This document shows positions 1 to 7,681 of a stretch of 40,269 nucleotides of DNA, one piece after another. The notes beneath the pieces are model-generated. The model was not told where the DNA came from, made no database searches, and saw only the letters and a program-made list of their open reading frames with translations. Position 1 is the first letter of the stretch, and every line of letters starts with the position of its first letter. The stretch spans positions 1 to 40,269 of the IMG/VR virus record IMGVR_UViG_3300038314_000675; one strand, written 5' to 3'. The DNA comes from a virus. Taxonomy: Duplodnaviria; Caudoviricetes. Made by a program: the position numbers and the translations under genes.

Positions 1-1
1 T

Positions 2-99
2 AGTGATCGGCGATTTCCTCGCGCCGCTGACGCACAAGCTGTTCGCCGGCGCCCTCGGCATCGCGCTGGTCGCAATCGGCATCCTCTGGTGGGCAAACG
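2..99. repeat. Terminal direct repeat, left copy (circular-assembly overlap)
   Basis: Bases 2-99 are identical to 40172-40269. The preceding base differs (T at 1, C at 40171). Confidence 0.95.
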
Positions 100-401
100 G
101 CGCCAAGGCGGAACGCATCGAAGGGCTGCAGAAAGATTTGGCCGGCGAAGAGGCTCGCCATGCTGTCACCCGCCAGTCGGTCGGCACGCTCGAAAAGGTG
201 ATCGCCGATCTCAACGAACAGGCCGAGAAACGCGCCGCGGCGTTCGCAGAGGCGCAGGAGATGGCCGAGAAGCGCGAAAGCGAACTGGCCGCGGCCCGGC
301 GCTTGTCCAACGCGGCAATCGCACGGCTGCGCGCCCTGTCGCAGCGTGAGGGGCAATGCGCGGTGCCCGATGATCTGCGCGAACTTGCGGAGGGTTTGTG
401 A
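3..401 (+). CDS. Inner-membrane spanin (Rz-like)
   Basis: N-terminal TM helix (LFAGALGIALVAIGILWW), long coiled-coil and a C-terminal Cys. Follows the endolysin/holin genes across the circular junction. Confidence 0.8.
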   Translation: MIGDFLAPLTHKLFAGALGIALVAIGILWWANGAKAERIEGLQKDLAGEEARHAVTRQSVGTLEKVIADLNEQAEKRAAAFAEAQEMAEKRESELAAARRLSNAAIARLRALSQREGQCAVPDDLRELAEGL

Positions 402-673
402 TGCGCCGCCTTTTCATGATCCCGATCGCGCTCTTGGCCGCCTGCCAAAACCCCGAAGCCGGCATCGAAGTCCGCACGGTTGAGGTCGTCCGCGAGGTGC
501 AGAAGCCCTGCCCTGGCACGCCGCCAGTGCGCCCCACGCCGCTCGGTCCGCTCATGGCGACCGCCGAAGCCGCCCTTGCGCAAGCGCTGGCCAAGCTGGC
601 CGAGTATTCCGCGCCCGGTCAATTCGCCGATCAGGCTGAGGCTTATGTCGAGGCGTGCCCGCCTAGCGAATAG
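398..673 (+). CDS. Outer-membrane spanin lipoprotein (Rz1-like)
   Basis: Signal peptide with lipobox LLAA-C, Pro-rich segment (PCPGTPPVRPTP), overlaps the end of the i-spanin. Confidence 0.8.
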   Translation: MMRRLFMIPIALLAACQNPEAGIEVRTVEVVREVQKPCPGTPPVRPTPLGPLMATAEAALAQALAKLAEYSAPGQFADQAEAYVEACPPSE

Positions 674-726
674 CCGCCCCAATCACCCCCACGATAAGCC
701 CCATACCTATCAGCACCTGGACTGGC

Positions 727-1029
727 TTAGGTAGGCGCATTGGATGCCTCGATCATGGCGCGGTACATCGTGGTTGGCGATGACCCGTGGCGCATAGCGG
801 TGTAGCCCGCCTCAATCTGGTCCGGCGTAGGCTCAGCAGGCACCACGACGAACCCGGCTTGCTTGATTGCTGCTAGGGCGGCGTCGGCCCATCCGAGCGT
901 CGTGTAGCGGTCTTCTTGGTTTGCGGTGATTCCCGCCCATTCTTCGTCAGTGAGGGGCGACTGATTCATCGCCTCCATAAACCCCCTCGCTATCACTTCT
1001 CTAAGATCATACATGTTTGCTGTCCTCAT
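727..1029 (-). CDS. Hypothetical early protein
   Basis: Last ORF of the leftward early operon. VVVPAEPT...YRAMIEA is a motif common in small phage early proteins. Confidence 0.65.
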   Translation of the reverse strand: MRTANMYDLREVIARGFMEAMNQSPLTDEEWAGITANQEDRYTTLGWADAALAAIKQAGFVVVPAEPTPDQIEAGYTAMRHGSSPTTMYRAMIEASNAPT

Positions 1030-1041
1030 CTATTACCGAAG

Positions 1042-1230
1042 CTATCTGACATTGGTGTCTCCTGTGGCTAGGCGGGTTTCAAGTGCAGCGATCCGGCTTT
1101 CTAGTTCTTCGGTGCTAGCGCGCGGGCAGTGGCAAGTGGCGTCGTCGCCATGAACGGCACGGTTCCAGCAGCCGGGGACGAGAAACCGAAGATCCCCGTC
1201 CGTGTGCCATCGGCAGCGGTCAGCCATCAT
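1042..1230 (-). CDS. Small Cys/His-rich hypothetical protein
   Basis: AAGGAG RBS upstream, C/H cluster, short C-terminal coiled coil. Confidence 0.65.
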   Translation of the reverse strand: MMADRCRWHTDGDLRFLVPGCWNRAVHGDDATCHCPRASTEELESRIAALETRLATGDTNVR

Positions 1231-1260
1231 CTATTCTCCTTCACTACTGGCGCGGTCACA

Positions 1261-1560
1261 TTACTCTCCGTTGAGGTGCTTGCGGAGGGCTAGGCCGGTT
1301 TCGTTCAGCTGCGCCGAAAGATACCATTCAGTCCCAACCGGCTTGTCTGCCTGTGCCGAGCCGAGCCATTCTTTCCGCCCGTAGTAGACCGGATAGTGGT
1401 AGCCGAGTTCGTATTCGTCGGGTTCCATCTGCACATAGAGCGGCGGCATCGCATCCCACTGTTCCGGCGAAAGCGAGGTGGGTATCGTGGGCATCGCCAG
1501 CACCCAGTCCCGCTGCGCCTCGGTCAGCTTCCCGGCTATCTCAGCGATGCTCTTATCCAT
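1261..1560 (-). CDS. Hypothetical protein
   Basis: GGAGG RBS, overlaps the upstream gene, in operon orientation. Confidence 0.7.
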   Translation of the reverse strand: MDKSIAEIAGKLTEAQRDWVLAMPTIPTSLSPEQWDAMPPLYVQMEPDEYELGYHYPVYYGRKEWLGSAQADKPVGTEWYLSAQLNETGLALRKHLNGE

Positions 1561-1762
1561 TGTGGGCCTCCTGGGCGCGGAGGGCGGCGATCACCTCAGG
1601 TAAGCAGCGCAGGGCTTCAAACGCCTCTGGAATGTAGGTCATCGCCTGAAAGCCGTTCCCATGCGCGAATGCATAGTCGGGGTTGTCCTGCCCTGTCTTG
1701 AGGCCGTCGAGTAAGGGAAGCGCCGCCTCAATCCGCTCGGCCAGCTTTGTTGTGTCGGTCAT
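1553..1762 (-). CDS. Hypothetical protein
   Basis: GGAG RBS, in operon orientation. Confidence 0.7.
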   Translation of the reverse strand: MTDTTKLAERIEAALPLLDGLKTGQDNPDYAFAHGNGFQAMTYIPEAFEALRCLPEVIAALRAQEAHNG

Positions 1763-1783
1763 TGTGTTACTCCGGTGATATGG

Positions 1784-2095
1784 TTAGGGCGCATCGCTGC
1801 GCGACCGCGCTGTCAGGCTATCGCCCGGAGCCTGCTTCGCGTCTCCGCCCCTCGGGTTTCCATCGACTTGCGCGGCTTCAATCGCTCGCGCGAGAATTGC
1901 GCTTAATTCAGGGGTCGGCTTGGGAGGGTGACACCATTCGCAAGGGCGGGTGCATAGACAGCTTTCGCCGTCCCAAGTGTCACACTGCCAATCCCATGAG
2001 CAGCCGTAGACGAACCCATCCCCGCCGCAGTTGTGGCAGTCGTTTTCGTCGCAGTTCCAATACGGGTCCGCGTCGCATTCAAAACCAGTCTGCAT
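1784..2095 (-). CDS. Cys-rich putative zinc-binding protein
   Basis: Start re-assigned to ATG 2095 (GGAGG RBS). Contains CHNCGGDG and CxC/CxxC motifs. Confidence 0.6.
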   Translation of the reverse strand: MQTGFECDADPYWNCDENDCHNCGGDGFVYGCSWDWQCDTWDGESCLCTRPCEWCHPPKPTPELSAILARAIEAAQVDGNPRGGDAKQAPGDSLTARSRSDAP

Positions 2096-2801
2096 CGGTG
2101 ACCTCCATGAAGCCGAGCGGGTAAGCGTCCGGCAGGGCGGTCCAAATTGCGCCGCGCAAGAACATTTCGCCCAGAGGTTCGCCATCCTCCCCGTCGAGCG
2201 GTTCGCCGTCAGCCATGAGCGCCAGGGACGATGAGCATCCGTCATCGCATACTATGGCGATCTTCTGGCCAGATTCGGGCCGCTCGTCATGCCAATAGCG
2301 CCACGCGTTAGGGATACCCTCCGAATGGCCAAGACCCGCAGGGGCTTGGTGCGAAGCAAGGGTAGCCCGACCCGCTTGCGCGGACCATTCGCCATCGTCG
2401 CACGGAGCTAAGGGCGGTAGATCAGCTTCGGTAAGCGCGGCAGGCGTAATCATCGGAAGCCAACCCACGACTTTAGCGGTCCAGATGTCGATGTCGTTGT
2501 CTCGGCATATCCGCTCGATGTCGCTCTGCCGGTAACCGAGCAACCCATCAGGCGCATCGTTTGTCCTGATGGCGGCGGTCCCCCACCCTGCTCGCGCCCA
2601 CGGCCTCCCATCGCCCATGTGGTCCCTCGACCCCTGCAAAAATACATATTGCCAAATCGGGCGCTTGCCATAGGGCGGGCTATCGGTGCGCCATGCGTCA
2701 GGGATTGAAGCCTTTGGTGGAGACGACTTGTCGGCTCCATCGCGTAGCGACGAAAGCCCGCTCGGACGCCCATCTTCTAGTTCGGTCTGTCGGCTATTCA
2801 T
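2079..2801 (-). CDS. Hypothetical protein (apparently two domains)
   Basis: Start re-assigned to ATG 2801 after AAGGAGG. Overlaps both neighbours. Confidence 0.65.
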   Translation of the reverse strand: MNSRQTELEDGRPSGLSSLRDGADKSSPPKASIPDAWRTDSPPYGKRPIWQYVFLQGSRDHMGDGRPWARAGWGTAAIRTNDAPDGLLGYRQSDIERICRDNDIDIWTAKVVGWLPMITPAALTEADLPPLAPCDDGEWSAQAGRATLASHQAPAGLGHSEGIPNAWRYWHDERPESGQKIAIVCDDGCSSSLALMADGEPLDGEDGEPLGEMFLRGAIWTALPDAYPLGFMEVTDADWF

Positions 2802-3333
2802 CAACGCCTCCTTTGAGTGCGCGGATGGCGGGAATTTGGGAGAGGACAGCATCAATAGCCCCGGTCCAGCCAAGCTGATAGTCATCATCTGGCGAGGTGA
2901 GCCGCATGTCGTCCAGCAACGCCCGCAGCGCTTCTTCCAGCACTACATCCCTATCGGAGAGGGCGGCAAAAACACGCTCACCTACAGAAAATGCTCTTTC
3001 AAACCGCCGCAGTCGCCTCGCGCGCCGTTCGTCGTTGTCGGTTTTGCGGTTGCCCCTAAGTGCGCCTATCTCGTCGGCAACAACCTTCATCGCGCTCTCA
3101 AACTCCCCCACCAGCGCGCTATCGGCCTTTGGGGCGGGGCGGGTGTTCCATGCGGCGATGGCTTCAGCTTCGCACGCGGCCCATCCTTTGGGACCGTGGA
3201 ACACCGCCGGGCCTTTCGCAAAACACGGCACTCTAGGTTTGCCCTTGCAAGAAACTTGCTGCCCGTCGCGAATGCCGATTAGCGCCGCTTCTCCCCCGCA
3301 AAACGGGCACGGCTTCAATTCATCCGCCATCAT
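2794..3333 (-). CDS. Lar-family restriction alleviation protein with C-terminal extension
   Basis: ELKPCPFCGGEA...EAIAAWNTR signature of the Lar family. TGATG coupling to the upstream gene. Confidence 0.75.
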   Translation of the reverse strand: MMADELKPCPFCGGEAALIGIRDGQQVSCKGKPRVPCFAKGPAVFHGPKGWAACEAEAIAAWNTRPAPKADSALVGEFESAMKVVADEIGALRGNRKTDNDERRARRLRRFERAFSVGERVFAALSDRDVVLEEALRALLDDMRLTSPDDDYQLGWTGAIDAVLSQIPAIRALKGGVDE

Positions 3334-3536
3334 CAATCTCCAAACTCTCTGCAAATATCCTCGAAGCGCGGGAGCATCTTGCGTCCCTCCGCTTCTGCTG
3401 CCTTGCGTCCTCGCGCGGTAATCGCTGCTCGCAATTGCGCCTGTTCGCGCTCGATGCGCTTGAAGGCGGCGATCTGCTCGGCAAGCGATAGCTGTGCGCC
3501 TGCTTTGACAAGGCGGGGCTTGTGGGCGCGGGTCAT
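3333..3536 (-). CDS. Hypothetical protein
   Basis: Translationally coupled at both ends. Confidence 0.6.
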   Translation of the reverse strand: MTRAHKPRLVKAGAQLSLAEQIAAFKRIEREQAQLRAAITARGRKAAEAEGRKMLPRFEDICREFGD

Positions 3537-3811
3537 GCGGACACCTGCTCAATCTCGGTGTCGATCACGCGGGCGGAAATGCCCATTTCCTTCGCAAGCC
3601 CGTAGCCTTCGATGAACTCGCGGGGGGCGTATCCTTCGAGACTTACGATCCCGCGCGCCTGTAGCTGGGCGATATGCTCTGCGTGTTCTTCGATGCTGTC
3701 GAACGAAAAGAAGTAATCGCGAAACTCGGCCATAAAGGCTTCGTCGAACTTGGCTTCGTCCAGATTGACTTCGATGCGCTGGGTTACATCGACCGTGAAA
3801 GTGGCCATCAT
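3533..3811 (-). CDS. Acidic hypothetical protein
   Basis: Start re-assigned to MMATFTVDV at 3811, with GGAG RBS and ATGA coupling. Confidence 0.7.
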   Translation of the reverse strand: MMATFTVDVTQRIEVNLDEAKFDEAFMAEFRDYFFSFDSIEEHAEHIAQLQARGIVSLEGYAPREFIEGYGLAKEMGISARVIDTEIEQVSA

Positions 3812-4050
3812 CCATTCTCCCAAAGTGCGTTGAGCCGCGCCCATTCGCCGGGCGTCATTGCGGCAATATCGTCGCGGACCTTCTGCGAGGTGGTGCGCCC
3901 GTCGAGCGCGTCCCATTCGGCATCGAGTTCCGCCTTGTGTGCCAGCGCGTATGCATCTGTGTCGGCCCTGGCTGCTCGCCACTCGCGTTCGCGCAGATCC
4001 CGTGCGGCCCGTTCGTCGCAGCGCGCCTGCTGTGCCCTGCCCCCGTTCAT
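3808..4050 (-). CDS. Hypothetical protein
   Basis: ATGA overlaps at both ends. Confidence 0.6.
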   Translation of the reverse strand: MNGGRAQQARCDERAARDLREREWRAARADTDAYALAHKAELDAEWDALDGRTTSQKVRDDIAAMTPGEWARLNALWENG

Positions 4051-4352
4051 GGCTGGGCCTCGTGGTAGGCTGCGAGGGCTTGGGCGGCGGTGGCATAAGC
4101 GAAGTCCAAAGCGCCTTCCCTGTCGTCCCAGCGATAGTTTTCACCAGCGTCGTCTTCTGCACTGGTCTGCGCCTTGATAGCCTCCAACGCCTCGACCAGC
4201 GCCTTGACTTCTGGCTGTGCTGTGGAGGCGAGGCGGTGGGCGGAGTGGCGCAGTACTGCGCTGGCGTCGGTAAGTATGAACTGGGGATCGGCGGCAATCG
4301 ACTGGAGCGCCTTGGCTAGCGCCGCGTCGACCTGCGCCACATTATCCTGCAT
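4047..4352 (-). CDS. Hypothetical protein
   Basis: AAGGAGG RBS, coupled to the downstream gene. Confidence 0.7.
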   Translation of the reverse strand: MQDNVAQVDAALAKALQSIAADPQFILTDASAVLRHSAHRLASTAQPEVKALVEALEAIKAQTSAEDDAGENYRWDDREGALDFAYATAAQALAAYHEAQP

Positions 4353-4563
4353 GGCTGTCCTCCTTGCGGGCGGCGAGCATGGCGTCGGCCATCTCGTAGG
4401 CCCAGAATGCGTGCTCCCTCGGGCTGCCCGATCCTTTTACAACCGGAATGGCCTGCCCCGCAAACCAGTCGCGCAGGGTCATGCCGCCATGCGCAGCGGG
4501 GTGCCCGTATTCCGCAGCAAACGGAAACGCGGGCGGGCACTCGGGCACCTTCTCATTATCCAT
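4342..4563 (-). CDS. Conserved phage protein (GMTLRD[WY]FA...AY..ADAML family)
   Basis: PAFP...GMTLRDWFAGQA...AYEMADAMLAAR motif. Start re-assigned to ATG 4563 after AAGGAG. Confidence 0.75.
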   Translation of the reverse strand: MDNEKVPECPPAFPFAAEYGHPAAHGGMTLRDWFAGQAIPVVKGSGSPREHAFWAYEMADAMLAARKEDSHAG

Positions 4564-5050
4564 GATCTGTCTCCTTGGGGGTGGGGCCATCGACGCGCTC
4601 AATGGCAGCACATGGGCCTTCGTGACCCCTTGTGCGGGTGCAGAACCAACCGTCTGGAGGGATGGTACAGCCGTTCCGTCCTTCGGATAGCGGTCGCCAC
4701 AGGATCGGGCGCGAGGGCCACATATCGCCGCCGCCGTAGACCCACCATGAACCTTTCGGCCACTTGCCTTCATAGCCAGCAACGTGAATGCCAGTGGAGC
4801 CGAACTCGATAGCCTCGAAAGGCGACCCATCTTTCGGACAGTAGATTGCGTCTTTCCAGCCAAGTTCGCGCATCCGCTCCGATACTCTGCCGAGCATGGT
4901 CAGGCAGGCTTTCAAATCGGGAAGCTGTTCGCGCCGAACGACACGCCCTGCCTCGATCTGGGCCATGATGGTTTCCGCCTCATTCGCCCGAATAGGCTCG
5001 CGGCTTCCATCGCTCATGGTTTTGTGTCCAACGATAGGATTATCAGTCAC
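4556..5050 (-). CDS. Hypothetical protein
   Basis: GW..AIYCPKDGS motif. C-terminal CTR..GHEGPC is a possible metal site. Confidence 0.7.
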   Translation of the reverse strand: MTDNPIVGHKTMSDGSREPIRANEAETIMAQIEAGRVVRREQLPDLKACLTMLGRVSERMRELGWKDAIYCPKDGSPFEAIEFGSTGIHVAGYEGKWPKGSWWVYGGGDMWPSRPILWRPLSEGRNGCTIPPDGWFCTRTRGHEGPCAAIERVDGPTPKETDHG

Positions 5051-5361
5051 GCCACCCTCCCCGCCACACGCGGCGTAACAAAGCGGTCAGGCTCGCCCCC
5101 AAGCAGCCCCGCAATCGCTTCCTTGTATTCGTGCAAACACCAGCCCAGCGCGCTTTCCTGCGGCTGCGAAAGGTTCGCCAGCGTCGGTGCGCTTATCTCC
5201 ATGTTAGCCTCGATGTTGCGGGCGATCTTGAGGGCGCGGGGTGCGTCGAAGCGGTTCCGCTCGGCATGATCGCGCAGGCGGTCGATCAGGTGCGTGGCGC
5301 GAAGGATAAGGCTGTCCGCCTCGCTTGGCTTCGCATCGGTGAAGGTGGCTGGGGCGGTCAT
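5047..5361 (-). CDS. Hypothetical protein
   Basis: Start re-assigned to ATG 5361, ATGA coupling. Confidence 0.65.
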   Translation of the reverse strand: MTAPATFTDAKPSEADSLILRATHLIDRLRDHAERNRFDAPRALKIARNIEANMEISAPTLANLSQPQESALGWCLHEYKEAIAGLLGGEPDRFVTPRVAGRVA

Positions 5362-5753
5362 TGGTTCGCCCCGCGTGCCTTGGCGATTACAGCCCGAAGG
5401 TCGCAGACCAAGAGGTCGCGATTGGTCGAGCCACGACAGCCGCACTCATGTCCGTGGCAGCAAATCTGTGAGTCTAAATCGTCGGGAACACCATCAAGAG
5501 CATCCGTCGCCACCTGTAGCGCCTCCAGCATCAGCGGAGCGGCTGCAATTAAACGGGCGTTGGCCTCAGACTTTTCTCCGCATCCGGTTACGGCGGTGCA
5601 TTTCCGGTCCTCTCCCACGATCATTGGCATGGAGCGAACGAAACTAGCCGTGCCGAACACGAGCCTTGCTAACTCCCAACATGCGTGGATGCGGCCGCGC
5701 AGCGGTTGTCGGTAAATCCCCCAAGGCCCCGGCGTATGCGCTTCCTTCGCCAT
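5358..5753 (-). CDS. Conserved phage early protein (HTPGPW...ANARLIAAAP family)
   Basis: Motifs HTPGPW and EANARLIAAAP, AAGGAG RBS, first gene after the leftward promoter. Confidence 0.75.
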   Translation of the reverse strand: MAKEAHTPGPWGIYRQPLRGRIHACWELARLVFGTASFVRSMPMIVGEDRKCTAVTGCGEKSEANARLIAAAPLMLEALQVATDALDGVPDDLDSQICCHGHECGCRGSTNRDLLVCDLRAVIAKARGANQ

Positions 5754-5788
5754 CTGTCTTACTCCTTTGCCAAGTGGCTGTGGGACCG

Positions 5789-5817
5789 CTTCTATGTGCT
5801 AACCTGTGCAGCGTCAA
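5789..5817 (-). promoter_or_regulatory. Leftward sigma70-type early promoter
   Basis: TTGACG-17 nt-TAGAAG on the minus strand, upstream of the early operon. Confidence 0.7.
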
Positions 5818-5832
5818 TACACAAAAGCACAC

Positions 5833-5860
5833 TTGCGCATATTTTTTTGCGTGCTATAAG
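5833..5860 (+). promoter_or_regulatory. Rightward promoter for the HTH gene (probably leaderless mRNA)
   Basis: TTGCGC-16 nt-TATAAG (GCTATAAG) in an AT-rich tract. ATG lies 6 nt downstream with no SD. Confidence 0.55.
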
Positions 5861-5866
5861 GTGTTC

Positions 5867-6073
5867 ATGACCGAAGACATCACACCTGCGACCATAGAAG
5901 CTGGCGCTCTCGATGCCCGCGTTACGCTGAGCACTGTTCTGCAGCGCGCCAAGGTGTCGCGCACCGCATTCTACCGATGGCGCCGCGGAGAAGGCAACAT
6001 GCTTGACCTCACCAAGCTGCGGCTGACCGATGCCATCGACGATCTTCGCAAGGAAAGGGCTTCTTCCCCTTAG
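5867..6073 (+). CDS. Cro/CI-like HTH transcriptional regulator
   Basis: HTH pattern TLSTVLQRAKVSRTAFYRWRRG, 68 aa, divergent from the early operon. Confidence 0.75.
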   Translation: MTEDITPATIEAGALDARVTLSTVLQRAKVSRTAFYRWRRGEGNMLDLTKLRLTDAIDDLRKERASSP

Positions 6074-6088
6074 CCCTTTCCGCACCTA

Positions 6089-6146
6089 GCGCCGGGGAGG
6101 CTTCACTCCCTCCATTGGTCGGCCTCTCCGGCGCCCTTTTCTTTCC
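6089..6146 (+). terminator. Large-loop hairpin with U-rich tail (terminator/attenuator-like)
   Basis: 13-bp stem GCGCCGGGGAGGC/GCCTCTCCGGCGC (one G-U), 20-nt loop, then CTTTTCTTTCC. Confidence 0.6.
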
Positions 6147-6161
6147 TATAGGAGAAAACCC

Positions 6162-6287
6162 GTGATTGAACCTCTCATTTTCACGCGCAAAGACGAACGC
6201 TCGCGCCTAGGCGATTACCTCACTGGCGCGGTTGCTGGCGGCATTCTTGTCGCAGCCGCTTATCTGATCGTGATGGTGGCGGGATGA
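6162..6287 (+). CDS. 41-aa membrane peptide (not in ORF track)
   Basis: AGGAG RBS and GTG start. MIEPLIFTRKDERSRLGDYLTGAVAGGILVAAAYLIVMVAG, ATGA-coupled to the next gene. Confidence 0.65.
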   Translation: MIEPLIFTRKDERSRLGDYLTGAVAGGILVAAAYLIVMVAG

Positions 6288-6652
6288 TAAAGCCTCCCCT
6301 TCAAAGGTGGACGCGCAAAGACGCCGAAGAGGCTGGTCGTCTTTGGCAAGCCAATGTGCCGGCCGAACAAATCGGGCAACGCTTGGGCCGATCGCGCTGC
6401 GCTGTCATCGGCAAACTGCACCGCATGGGTCTTCTGGGCATGGAACTTGCCCGCAAGCGCGTGCGAGACGGAAGAATTGCCAAGCGCTATAGCGAGGGCG
6501 CGCGCGCCGATGAACTGGCCATGGTCTATGGCCTGTCGGCGTCTAGGGTTACCGCTATCGCGCGCCTATACGATGTCAGGCGCGGCGCTGGTCGGCCTCC
6601 CATTCGCAAAAAGCCTCCCATGCCGCAGCAGCGCCAAGCGCAACGCAAGTAA
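6284..6652 (+). CDS. GcrA-like cell-cycle regulator domain plus second HTH
   Basis: WT...LWQANVPAEQIGQRLGRSRCAVIGKLHRMGL matches the GcrA N-terminal HTH. A second HTH-like segment follows (ADELAMVYGLSASRVTAI). Confidence 0.75.
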   Translation: MIKPPLQRWTRKDAEEAGRLWQANVPAEQIGQRLGRSRCAVIGKLHRMGLLGMELARKRVRDGRIAKRYSEGARADELAMVYGLSASRVTAIARLYDVRRGAGRPPIRKKPPMPQQRQAQRK

Positions 6653-6998
6653 AGCACCCGGCGGACTGCGCCGCCTGCAGATATTCCATCTGGCCATCCT
6701 GCCACTTGCTTTGCGTATGGTCACGGCGCTTCAACTCGCACACGAATGCGGGCGCGCCCGGCACGATGATGTCGCTGGCGCCTTTCGAAAGGCCCTCGAG
6801 CTTGTGCTTCTGCATTGCGGAAAACTGACCGCCGATCAGCTGGCCCTCATTGCGCGGGTGCACCGCCAGCAAGCCGTAGCTATCGGGATATTCCTTGCGG
6901 ATCTTGCTGAAGAATGACGCCTGCTCGACGTGTTCCTTGTGGCACTTGCCGCGGAACGACGTGTCGCCGTAGACGGGGATCGTTTTGGGGAGGATCAT
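6576..6998 (-). CDS. VRR-NUC family nuclease / resolvase
   Basis: E..EQ, HPRNEG, G..DII, ELKR and Q..YL PD-(D/E)xK pattern. Located downstream of the helicase. Confidence 0.8.
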   Translation of the reverse strand: MILPKTIPVYGDTSFRGKCHKEHVEQASFFSKIRKEYPDSYGLLAVHPRNEGQLIGGQFSAMQKHKLEGLSKGASDIIVPGAPAFVCELKRRDHTQSKWQDGQMEYLQAAQSAGCFTCVALGAAAAWEAFCEWEADQRRA

Positions 6999-7007
6999 CA
7001 CACAGTC
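6994..7007. repeat. 14-bp direct repeat ATCATCACACAGTC, copy 1 (other copy 7668-7681)
   Basis: Identical 14-mers bracket the MTase-1 gene exactly at its start and stop. Confidence 0.85.
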
Positions 7008-7675
7008 CCTTCGATAAACAGGTCGCCTTGGCGTTGGGCCTCTTCGATACGCCTGCAAGCAATATCGAAATACTTCGGCTCGCGCTCAATACCGATAAAG
7101 TCGCGGCCCATCTGAACGGCTGCTACGCCGGTGGTGCCGCTGCCCATGAATGGATCGAGGATGGTTCCGGGCACTTTGCGCAAAAGCATCTTCATCAAGC
7201 CTACGGGCTTCTCGGTCGGATGTTGCCGCCCATTTTTCGCCATGCTTTGGACGGGGGGGTGCCTAACCACTGAACCGCTGTCTCGCGAGCCGATGAAGCC
7301 CTTTCCTAAAACGTAGATTTCTTCGTGGTCTGGCTTCCACGGGATGGATAAGTCGCCCATACCAAGGGCTCCGCCTTTGTCCCAGATAAGAACCATTTTT
7401 GTCGCGGCGGGGCGGCGGATGCGCCAAGTACCGAAGCAAAGTGTTGGGATGTCACCCGCCCAATCCAGAACGCTATCGCGTGCTTCTGTGGTCTCGTCGC
7501 CGACAATGGTCCGTCCAGCAACCCAAAGCGTGTCCGTTGCGTGGCCTGACTTGTAGGCCATCCCATAAGGCGGATCAGTCACCACGGCATCCACCTTCGG
7601 GAGCGTCGGCAGAATGTCCCGGCAGTCACCGCAATACAGGGTTGCCCGTCCAATCTTTACCGGTTCTATCATCAC
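6998..7675 (-). CDS. Beta-class N6A/N4C DNA methyltransferase 1
   Basis: DPPY (motif IV), HPTEKP, then ILDPFMGSGTTG (motif I). Confidence 0.92.
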   Translation of the reverse strand: MMIEPVKIGRATLYCGDCRDILPTLPKVDAVVTDPPYGMAYKSGHATDTLWVAGRTIVGDETTEARDSVLDWAGDIPTLCFGTWRIRRPAATKMVLIWDKGGALGMGDLSIPWKPDHEEIYVLGKGFIGSRDSGSVVRHPPVQSMAKNGRQHPTEKPVGLMKMLLRKVPGTILDPFMGSGTTGVAAVQMGRDFIGIEREPKYFDIACRRIEEAQRQGDLFIEGTV

Positions 7676-7681
7676 ACAGTC
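7668..7681. repeat. 14-bp direct repeat ATCATCACACAGTC, copy 2
   Basis: Identical to 6994-7007. Confidence 0.85.
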
